Shown: in pieces, positions 34,805-43,900 of the stretch
How positions within the stretch are numbered: position 1 is the stretch's first letter
How the letters are laid out: the number at the start of each line of letters is the position of its first letter
Source of the DNA: a virus
DNA: 64,000 nt
IMG/VR virus record: IMGVR_UViG_3300032523_001141
Span: 1 to 64,000 of that record
Strand: one strand, 5' to 3'
Program-made: the position numbers and the translations under genes
Notes under the pieces: generated by a model
Told to the model about the DNA's origin: nothing
The model's database searches: none
What the model saw: the letters and a program-made list of their open reading frames with translations, nothing else

Positions 34805-35689
34805 TTAAGCCCCTGCACTTGAACTGGATGTTTCGCACTGATCCACGCCCTCCCGCGGCGTCTCGTACGGGCGTTTGCCGCAAATCTCAGGCAGGTCAAT
34901 ATCGAGATACAGGCCAAAACCGCCGCAGTCAGCAAACGGAACAACCGTTAAATCTGCGGTGCCCGACAGAATATTTATGTTACCGTCGCAATCTGGGGTT
35001 ATGCCGTTTATGGATTCAATAGGGGTCTGCGGGCAGGTGCCGCTTTCCGGGCGCTGTGAGCATGGCCCTAAAAAGAATTTAAGGGGGTTGTAACCTATAA
35101 GGCCGACAGTGGCGTCTAAACCAAAAACTAGCGCTTGTGTTGTTTTGCCGTTTACTTGAATTTCGCGCAATTCTGTTACGAGTGGGGCGGCAGTCACAAT
35201 GTTTACTAATCCGGCAAGACTAGTGCCTACCCCGTATTTTCCGATAGACGTTACAGGAAGCGCCGAATAAGCGCGGGCGTTATTTTCAAGCAATAATGTC
35301 TGACGCGGCGAAGAATAGCGCGCGGTAAAATTCTCACTCACTCCGTCTCCAAATACGCACCAACCAGCAACGCCCGGTACTAGTGCTTGTACAGCGTAAT
35401 TTTTATTAAGCTGCAACGGCTTGGGCGCGCTAATTGCGGCGATAGGTGTGCTCGTTGTTGCGTTTTCATCGTCAGCGGCGCCAATCACGACCGTGACGAT
35501 TCCAGCAGAGACCGTAACGGCCTGCACAAAAGCTACTGGTCCGTATGTTTTTGGATAACGAATGTTGCAATCAACAAGGATGCTGTCGCGTATGCTGTTT
35601 CCGGCGTCGTCAATGCCCGTACTTCGATCGTTAAGCGGATAGCGCCGCCCGGCCTGCAAGTCATACCAGTTTTGATTACGGACAGGCAT
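34805..35689 (-). CDS. tail-associated protein, paralogue 3
   Basis: WYDLQAGRRYPLND ... IESINGITPDCDGNINI; poly-Ser tail. Confidence 0.8.
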   Translation of the reverse strand: MPVRNQNWYDLQAGRRYPLNDRSTGIDDAGNSIRDSILVDCNIRYPKTYGPVAFVQAVTVSAGIVTVVIGAADDENATTSTPIAAISAPKPLQLNKNYAVQALVPGVAGWCVFGDGVSENFTARYSSPRQTLLLENNARAYSALPVTSIGKYGVGTSLAGLVNIVTAAPLVTELREIQVNGKTTQALVFGLDATVGLIGYNPLKFFLGPCSQRPESGTCPQTPIESINGITPDCDGNINILSGTADLTVVPFADCGGFGLYLDIDLPEICGKRPYETPREGVDQCETSSSSAGA

Positions 35690-37318
35690 TTAAATACTGC
35701 TGCTTGAGGAAGCGGTGGTAGGGCCGCAAGTTATTGACGGTATTACCGTTGAGCCGTCGTCGCCGCAGTACAGAGATTTTACTATAATGAACTCTGCTGT
35801 GTCAGTTCCATCGCAACCGGCAATTATGTTTTCTACGGCGCCGTTCTCTTGTGTTATTTGTCCCGTTACAACTAGTTGCAAATCTGTAGGCGCAGATTGA
35901 TTAAAACGTAAACGGAACTGAACTTCAGCGGAATTGCCGATGTCTACTTTACCGATAGCGGCCTGAAATACAGGCCAAGAACCGCCAAGTGTTGCAAGGC
36001 CGCGGCGAGCATTTGATGTCGTTATAGACGTAAAGCCGCACACTGTTTCTGCCGTGTTGCCGTTACTCGTCGCAAACGACATAGACAACGTTACTGCTGG
36101 CGCGCATGCCGAGCATTTATTGCAGTACTGCACAAGCACGTCGATATACGGGCATCGTTGCGGTGTCATGCACGCGTGCAGCGGTTTTTGAAGTCGGCAT
36201 TCTTGTTGCCGTATCCAGCGATCTATGTTATCGCTGTGCTTTTCCACAACGCTGGACTCTTCACCGCGGACGATGCGACCAATAACGCGATACCTGTCGG
36301 CTTCGCTATTCATGTACAGCCCAAGGTTGACGTAGTCGTCACATGTGCAGCATGCCGGGCAGTTGCTGTTAATTTGCCACACTGGAGTGTTTGCGCCGGT
36401 CGGGCATACGCATCCAGCACGGGCTGTTGACGAAGATGCGCCATTAACAGTCAAAGCCGTACCCACGAGCGTCGTGGGACGATTAAGCCACAAGCAGTCT
36501 GAGGAGCCTAGTAAGATATTCGGCCCGGTTAAGCCATTTATTTCGTAGATGGGCGGTGTCGTTGTGTCACAGTCTGTGTATTTTCCTTTTCCGGACCCAG
36601 CGGCGGCGTTTAACGTAACTTGTCGTGTAGCGCGCACACCGCGAGTTTGTTGCTCGGAAACTGTGAGTGTCGTGTTATAGCCGTATTCAAAATCAATTTC
36701 GCCGGCTAATTTTATGGCTGCCGCGGAACCTAGTGCCGCTGTTTTGCCGTTTGACACATAAATAGCGTTCACGCGCTTTGGCATTTTGTAGATAGCGCGC
36801 TCGTCAATGGTGCCGTTGTTTGGTGTTATGTGTGTGGTGTAATTGCGCGCAACATCCTCGTCGTTGCCCAGCTCTGCCGCCACGGGCCATGTTTTGTAGG
36901 CGACGAGGCGGCAAACAGACGAGCCGGAAATCCATTCGTAGATGCGATAGTCGTAAGTGTTCGACGGAGACGCGCCGGCGTGACGAGCGCCCCAGTCCCA
37001 CGCATCAAATGAAACGTCGGCTGACGCAATAGACGAAAAGACAACGTTATTGTTTGCGTCGGTCACGACAATGTCGGCAGCGTGGGTAGGCGCGTACGCC
37101 CCGGCTGATGGCACGCACCCTAACCCATATAGCCAAGAAATTTTTAGTGGGTGACTTATTGCCTCGGCTAAATCTTCGTAGGCCAGATAAAAGTCAGCGA
37201 TAAGATAACGAATATCTTCAGACGGATTTACAAACGGATAATGCAATCCGCTCTGCGGTTGGTTAACACCAATGCCGCGACGCCCGGCCGAAGAATACTC
37301 GAATGCGGAGCACGTCAT
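35690..37318 (-). CDS. tail-associated protein, paralogue 2 (extended)
   Basis: NQPQSGLHYPF ... IYEINGLTGPNILL ... CPACCTCDD; poly-Ser tail. Confidence 0.8.
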   Translation of the reverse strand: MTCSAFEYSSAGRRGIGVNQPQSGLHYPFVNPSEDIRYLIADFYLAYEDLAEAISHPLKISWLYGLGCVPSAGAYAPTHAADIVVTDANNNVVFSSIASADVSFDAWDWGARHAGASPSNTYDYRIYEWISGSSVCRLVAYKTWPVAAELGNDEDVARNYTTHITPNNGTIDERAIYKMPKRVNAIYVSNGKTAALGSAAAIKLAGEIDFEYGYNTTLTVSEQQTRGVRATRQVTLNAAAGSGKGKYTDCDTTTPPIYEINGLTGPNILLGSSDCLWLNRPTTLVGTALTVNGASSSTARAGCVCPTGANTPVWQINSNCPACCTCDDYVNLGLYMNSEADRYRVIGRIVRGEESSVVEKHSDNIDRWIRQQECRLQKPLHACMTPQRCPYIDVLVQYCNKCSACAPAVTLSMSFATSNGNTAETVCGFTSITTSNARRGLATLGGSWPVFQAAIGKVDIGNSAEVQFRLRFNQSAPTDLQLVVTGQITQENGAVENIIAGCDGTDTAEFIIVKSLYCGDDGSTVIPSITCGPTTASSSSSI

Positions 37319-37321
37319 TTT

Positions 37322-38284
37322 TTACCCCGCGGGATCGGGGCATGTTTCGCAACCGGCGTCGCCCAACCGACTGCCAATCACTACCAAGCTCATTTGCGTA
37401 ACTTCAGAACTGAGCTTGGTTACAAAATTCTCGAGCGTGGCTACGCCGTCACTAAAGCGATCTATTTGCGTTTTTAGCGCGTCCAACTCTGCGCATCCAC
37501 AGCATGGCGATGCGCACGTGTCTATTAAGTTAATACCGTTATCACTTGCGTTAACAGAAATACAATCTGAACCAGCAATATTAAAATTGCCGTCATCTGA
37601 GCAAACACCATTAATGCAGCGGATGCATTCGCCGGTATTGTTTACTGAGCATTCGCACTCTGTGTTTAAATTTTCGCCAGAGATAGCGTTGAAAACTATT
37701 TTGGCTGTTGTGGTGCTTGTAGCCGGCTTGACTATGATCTGCATATTTGTGCCGGCAACAAACTCGACGTCCCCGTACAGCGTGGGGCTAATTTCATTAA
37801 GGCTCACGACACGAATACCGGACACGCCGCGAATCATTGGGCGTATAACGTCTGTCTCGAGCTCTCCGTCCGCGATTGCAAACTCGTACAAGCCCTGCGG
37901 CAATGCGGTTACGTCGTCAAGGCGCCCGATAACGACATGCCCGATAGAGTCAGCAAAATCAGCTATCCCGCCAACAGCGTACGTTGTATTTGGCGTATGC
38001 GTAACAATCGGTATATTAGCGCTTCCAGCTAAAACAGCCGTGCCGTTGTCGTTGTATGCAATGCTGATCGTGTACCCGACCGGCGACAGTAGAATGTTTT
38101 TGATGTAAAACTGATCTACTTGAACAGCTAACCCGGCGTGCACAGGAAAATACAGCGCTAAAATAAAGCCGTCCGGTACCCGAATTGTTCCGGTGACGTC
38201 CGTCTTAGTGGCGCGCTCTGTGAACGGGTACGAGCGCTGCGAGTTGTGGTTAAGCCACTGTAAATTCCAATTTCCGATAGGCAT
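37322..38284 (-). CDS. tail-associated protein, paralogue 1
   Basis: WLNHNSQRSYPF ... IRCINGVCSDDGNFNI ... CASPCCGC, then coiled coil. Confidence 0.8.
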   Translation of the reverse strand: MPIGNWNLQWLNHNSQRSYPFTERATKTDVTGTIRVPDGFILALYFPVHAGLAVQVDQFYIKNILLSPVGYTISIAYNDNGTAVLAGSANIPIVTHTPNTTYAVGGIADFADSIGHVVIGRLDDVTALPQGLYEFAIADGELETDVIRPMIRGVSGIRVVSLNEISPTLYGDVEFVAGTNMQIIVKPATSTTTAKIVFNAISGENLNTECECSVNNTGECIRCINGVCSDDGNFNIAGSDCISVNASDNGINLIDTCASPCCGCAELDALKTQIDRFSDGVATLENFVTKLSSEVTQMSLVVIGSRLGDAGCETCPDPAG

Positions 38285-38299
38285 AGCAATTCACCATTT

Positions 38300-40159
38300 C
38301 TACGAGCCGGATATGGTGATAATACCTGCCAGCCGCAGTAGCCCGACCTCAGACGTGTAAGTGTCCGTTGCTGTTCGTCGGAGCGTTACGAGTACTGTAT
38401 CGCCCTGCGCAACATTAAACTCTGCCGTCTGCACTTCAATTGCGTTATCTGCGTTCACCGCAACTGCAGACGCAAAAGTTAGCGGAGTAGTGTTGTCCGT
38501 AAGTATTAGCGGCTCTTGAGTAGTGCCGGCAGGTCGCGGCAGGATGCGATATTTAACTTCTAAGGCAGGCAACGTTCCTGCGCCGCGCCCAAAAAGCTGC
38601 GCCGAAATTTTCATTACTGGCGCGTTACTTAGCCCTGTGTTCGGTACGTTAAACCGCACACGCACAGACGACTCCTGCGATTCAGGAAAACCAAGATAGG
38701 GGATATCGCGGTACAGTCGTTCAACAACGTCGCTAAGGCGGATAATTTGAGGAGATATCTCGCGGTCAATTGCCGAGTCGTTAAACGACAAGCGCACGAT
38801 ACCTTGCTGCACGGTGACTGGTGTCGCCGGCAGCAAACCAAATGATGCTTTTTCAGCTGTTGTAAGTTCGCGCGTGTTTGTGCCATTTAATACAACTACG
38901 TCATTATCGCTAAATACGCCTTCTGTTAACCAACCAGTTCGAAACGTATTGCCGTTGTCAATTTGTTTGAGCGCTTTGCCGCCGTTTACGTCAGGCGTGC
39001 CGACAAGGAAGTCTAGATCAAGCGACAATTCAAGGTCACCGGTGCGGGCTGTTGCGCCGTCACAATTTGTGATCTTTATTGGGCTAGTGTCTGCGGCATG
39101 CAAGCTGGTAACAACACTACGGTCGTTACCAAACGTCATGCGTAAGAAAGCCACGATTACGCGCATACGTTCTTCGCGGGGGCACTCCGGGCCAGCAAGT
39201 GACGAGCTTGAGCTTGCCGGCGTAGCTGTCCACGGCACGTCTCCGGGGCAGTCGCTCATCCACCAAATACCGTTAGCGTCGCAGACTGCGAGCCCTGATG
39301 CGCCAAGCGGAATCTCAAAAGCGCCAGTTAGATCTTCGCCTTTATCCCAAAGAACGGCTACGGCAGATATAGGCGTCGGTGGCCAGACGCGTGAAATGGC
39401 CGGATGCCCCTTCAGGTTGTACCCGAACACCGCGCCCGCAGGCGCCTTACCGTTAAAGCTTGCGTGACTGGCAGGCAACCAACCCGGCGTAATTGTTAAA
39501 TCTGTTGCCGGATTAACTGTGATAGCGTAATGGCCGTTAGTAAGCGCGGCGACGCCAATAACTGCTGGCGTCAGCTCGAACCGATAGTGAATGTGGTCCT
39601 CGAGAAAGTCGCGAACCTGCGGCATCACCACGACCCACGGGTCAGCAGCGCAGTTCTCTTTAGCGCCTTGCACGTAGCAGACCGACACCGTGGCAGGTGG
39701 CCGTTGTTTTGTTAATTTACCCGGTTGCTCAGAAGACAAATAATATCTTCCAGCTTCTACTGTGCCGGTAATCGCGTTTGTGATGTTTGGCATCTTTACG
39801 ATGCCGCGCAAAACTACGTCGCCCAGTGTGTTGGCTTTCTTTTTGTGCAACAATCCAAGGCAGTCAGATGAAGCTTGCACAACTAACGTCTGCGTCACCT
39901 CGTCGTTTTCAACCGCGGCGAGGGCGCGCTCATATCGCTGTGTCTGGTAATTCCAGAATACCGGCTGCCCTTCAAGTACGTCGGGGGCGATTGTGGCGTC
40001 AGCATCAAACAACGCCTGCCCAAGGGCGGCGGCGTCGAGCCGATCCTTCAAATAATTTGTTCTTGACTCAAGCGCTGTGTCGGGCCTGCCGGCAATATTT
40101 GCTTGTACCGGCTCGCCTGCGACAATGTGCCGAATGTTGTAAAGCCACTTATTGGACAT
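38300..40159 (-). CDS. putative tail fibre / fibre attachment protein
   Basis: GEPVQANIAGRPDTALESRTNYLKDRL resembles the LxNRTxYLK fibre N-terminus; GRYYLS...PGKLT motif; position after the baseplate genes. Confidence 0.65.
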   Translation of the reverse strand: MSNKWLYNIRHIVAGEPVQANIAGRPDTALESRTNYLKDRLDAAALGQALFDADATIAPDVLEGQPVFWNYQTQRYERALAAVENDEVTQTLVVQASSDCLGLLHKKKANTLGDVVLRGIVKMPNITNAITGTVEAGRYYLSSEQPGKLTKQRPPATVSVCYVQGAKENCAADPWVVVMPQVRDFLEDHIHYRFELTPAVIGVAALTNGHYAITVNPATDLTITPGWLPASHASFNGKAPAGAVFGYNLKGHPAISRVWPPTPISAVAVLWDKGEDLTGAFEIPLGASGLAVCDANGIWWMSDCPGDVPWTATPASSSSSLAGPECPREERMRVIVAFLRMTFGNDRSVVTSLHAADTSPIKITNCDGATARTGDLELSLDLDFLVGTPDVNGGKALKQIDNGNTFRTGWLTEGVFSDNDVVVLNGTNTRELTTAEKASFGLLPATPVTVQQGIVRLSFNDSAIDREISPQIIRLSDVVERLYRDIPYLGFPESQESSVRVRFNVPNTGLSNAPVMKISAQLFGRGAGTLPALEVKYRILPRPAGTTQEPLILTDNTTPLTFASAVAVNADNAIEVQTAEFNVAQGDTVLVTLRRTATDTYTSEVGLLRLAGIITISGS

Positions 40160-40184
40160 CCTTGTCCTCCGGGGCGCTTAAAAG

Positions 40185-40811
40185 TTATTCAAAAGAGATG
40201 TCCCAAGTAATGCCGATCTGCGAAGAGGCTTCTTTGCTTGTCTGATCGCCGATATCAAAGTTTGTACGCGCAAAAATAACGTCGTGTGCTTTATCGTCAA
40301 AGCGCGGCATAGCCACTAGCGCGGCCGAGTAAACCTTGCTATTGGTTGTGTGGCTAAATGGGCACTCCTCGCCGTTGTTAACGCCAACTGCGCCGGATGT
40401 TTGCGCAAAAAACGTTAACTGATTTCCCTGCAGTGCGGACGTAAGTGCCGACGCTCCCTCGCTTCCAGCGGCGACACCAAGGGCCGGCTCTAGGCGCAGC
40501 GGGACGCGTAGGTAGTCTTTTGGCGCCGTTAGCTCTGAGTAGTAGTCAATGCCGAGTACGCGGCTAAAAGACGGGACGGCGATCGGGGCAGCTGGGTTTT
40601 CAAGGTTCTCATACTCGAAGTACATGCCCGATATGAAGTACTGATCTCGATCGGGCTGGTAACGATACCCCAGCTGTTTTGCGGCAATGTAACCCCAGCT
40701 AACTTGAATTTGATTAGGCTTAGAGATAATTGGCGTCCGGATGCCGGTTTTTTCGTCAATCCGCCAAAGCGTGACTTTACCGCGAACGTTAAATACGGAT
40801 TCTGCTGGCAT
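40185..40811 (-). CDS. putative baseplate/tail-collar protein
   Basis: C-terminal IFARTNF...K...ITWDISF pattern; GAGG RBS. Confidence 0.6.
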   Translation of the reverse strand: MPAESVFNVRGKVTLWRIDEKTGIRTPIISKPNQIQVSWGYIAAKQLGYRYQPDRDQYFISGMYFEYENLENPAAPIAVPSFSRVLGIDYYSELTAPKDYLRVPLRLEPALGVAAGSEGASALTSALQGNQLTFFAQTSGAVGVNNGEECPFSHTTNSKVYSAALVAMPRFDDKAHDVIFARTNFDIGDQTSKEASSQIGITWDISFE

Positions 40812-40956
40812 GTTTTTACCTCTCTGCCGCTTATTATACGCAATTTGGCCCGCCTGCCCGAATTTCTGAAGCTGTTTTATGCGGGCGCGTGACTAGGCCG
40901 CTAATAGCTTATCAAAGCGGTGTTTTAACGGGTAGTGCTGCAATGGCGGTTGTTTT

Positions 40957-43900
40957 TCATGCGCTGCTACTGCTACTGCCGAATCCTGGCAGGGTAATAA
41001 TATTTGGCGTATGCACGGTATGTCCGCAAAATCCGGGAGAGTCGCCGGCAGCCATAAACTGCGCACCAGTAACGGGCGCAGGATCTGCCTCTGGTGTGCC
41101 GATTAACTCAAAGCCGATATCTACCAACGCTTGAAGTGTTAAACGCGATAAAACCATGCTTCCCGGGTTCTGCAGAATGGCGCCGACCATGAGCTCGTTT
41201 TGTACGCCATAAAAACTTACAGCTAAGTTCGGATCTGTTTCACCCGGAGCGGCCGGCCGGTAACTATTTTCCCAGTGGCCGGAGGCTGTGCCGCTACCGC
41301 CGGTGTTCTCGAGCGGTGTGTAATATCGCGTAAGCGTTGTGATGCCGTTGTACGCTGTTTGTGTGTTTGTGTAGACGCTGCCGTTTAACGCAAAATTTGC
41401 TGCAGACCACAGGGAGCCAATACCCAGCGCGTGGCCGAGCTCGTGTGCAATCACTGTTTGCCAGAATGTTGCGGACTCAACAAATGCTTCGTTAATCGTC
41501 AGGTCAAAATATGTCGGAACGTATGTGTCTGGCCCGCCGGTTGAAAAATCAAGCACATCAGTAAGCGAGCACGACGCAATTGTGTCACTTGCCGGGTTGT
41601 TAAAGTATGTAATGCTATTTAACGCAATGCCAGCCCATACGGTATTTGCTGAATAGTAGTTTACGATAGTCGCGTATTTTTGAGCGTTTATCTGCAGCTT
41701 ACTGGACCAACGCGCGTTCGCAACGTTTAAATACGCCTTATACGGCTCCGCGACCGCGGCCCACGAGGTAGCATCAAATAGATTTTGCGCGGTTTGGCTG
41801 CTGTTTAACGAGCTTGACGATATACCGCTACTACTAGAGCTGCTGCTACTAATACTGCTGCTACTAGAAATGCAATCTGGATAAAAGTAAAAATCGATAA
41901 CTGTGTTGTTGTTACCGGTATCTGAGTAAATAATTGTTGAATTATCGGGCGCAAGTAACGTTACCGTTATAACAATATTATCGCAATTTAATGACTCAGG
42001 CCCTTCGCTGCTAATTCCAAATACGTACGCCACACTCGGCGGCCGCGTGCCGGGGGCGGAGAAAGGCGATAATCCTGCCGGTAATACAATATTTGCGCTG
42101 CCCGTTAATTTTGGATTAGACGGCGTGCTGTCGCTTGCCTCGCTCAGTGTCATCGTTCCGACAAGCGTGTCTTGCGCAGATATCGTAATTGGCCATGTTG
42201 AATTTGTACATGTGCCCTCCGTATTTACACTTACATTAAGCACATACGACTCCAGATCCGCTAATACCGCGCAACTGCTGGAGCTGCTGGAGCTGCTAGA
42301 GCTAGAGCTTGAGCTGTCGCTGCTGCTACTGCTGGAGCATATTTGCGCCGCGATAACTTGGTCGTTTGGTACGCATGTGTCAATGATTGGCGTGCCGCCG
42401 CGGCCAAGCGGGTCGCTGGCGCTCCAAACACGTAGCCACGCAATACCGACGTGGCAGCGATAGTTGCCTTCGGCGTCTTGCGACGCGCACCGAAGTTCTA
42501 AATCGTATTCGTTGTTGGCGTTTGGAGGAATGGTAGTCAAATTTAAGGCCATGTCAGCCGAGCGATCGCCGCCGCCGTGCTGGCCGCCGTTGTTTAAATC
42601 AGCAGTTCCAATAAATACGTTATTTACGTAAAAATCGAAAATAGCGGCGTTGCAGGAGTGGTTGCCGGGGCATGGACCTTCTGTGCCGCTGTACTTGATC
42701 GTGACTAGGTAATCCTCGTTTACTACACACGGCAACACCGGCAGGTCGATCGTGGGACAGGTAATCGGCACGCAGACTGGATCAGACTCGCAATCTGTTG
42801 TTGCGAATGCTTTAAAACAAATGTCACTGCCGACACTTGTTGCAATAATATCAACAACTGCATTGCTGCAATCAACGCAATCGCAATTAAAACGAAGCGG
42901 GTTAAACGTGTTATTATCCATGCAGCGTATTACGCTTATTTGATCGTCGGCCGTTAAAGAGCAGGCGTCAACTATAAGTTTATTTTGTAGTTGATCTGCC
43001 GCGGTAGGCCCGTCAGCGCTGTAAGCGTAATCCCAGTAACCCGCGTTTGTGTTCCCGCCTTTGTAAAAAGCTGCTTTAAACCATTCGTCGGCATTTGGAA
43101 TAAAGTAATGCGCGCCAGCCTTACGAGTAATTAACGGAATGCGATCGCCGTCGCCGTTTAATACAAAACCATTTTTAGGTTCGCCCGGCGCGTATACGGG
43201 CAATAGCGTCAGGTCGTATGCGCCGTCATCTGTATATGTGCTGTTTAGATTTGTTACGCGATTGTGTAGCCAGTTGCAAAATCGTAGCGACATTTCTAAA
43301 GACATTATGGCGGGTAGTTCTTCGTAATCGGCCGAATTACCGCTTTGGCCGCCGCCCTGATGGCCAACCGCCGCTAGCGTATACGTGTAATTTCCGTTTA
43401 CACCATTGCGCAGGATACCGGCGCATGCCCACGGATCTACACTATTCGGACACGACGCCGTGTACGCTAAATTATTCGCATCAGACGTAAAACATGTGTT
43501 TAAAAACTCTACATACTGACGCCGGGTAAGTTCAAATTTGTGCAGCTTGTATGTGTAGTTTACTTGACCGATAGTTCTTCCGACTGCGTACGGATAGGTA
43601 CTACCCATTAAGTCCGTTGCGTCTCGCGTAGCTACCGTATGCGCTGAGTTTCCGCTATCCGCAACAGTCACGAAGCAGCCGTAAGCTAGCGGATCCGTTA
43701 TAGACGCTAATCTAATTCCGCCAAAAGGGCCGTCTAGCTTAATATTTGTATCTGTCGGCGTTAGCAGCTCTGTCGCCGTGGCGTCTTTAACTGGCGGGTA
43801 CGGCATAAATGTCGCCAGTGAGCCAAAACCTTGTCGCCCCTCAGACGGGTTTAGCGACAAAGCCGGCCCGTGTCCTAGTATGCAACTTTCTGTTAATTCT

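Noticed and set aside
40833-40838. Perfect TATAAT on the minus strand upstream of the 208-aa gene
   Set aside because: No credible -35 at 16-18 bp; too weak to call a promoter
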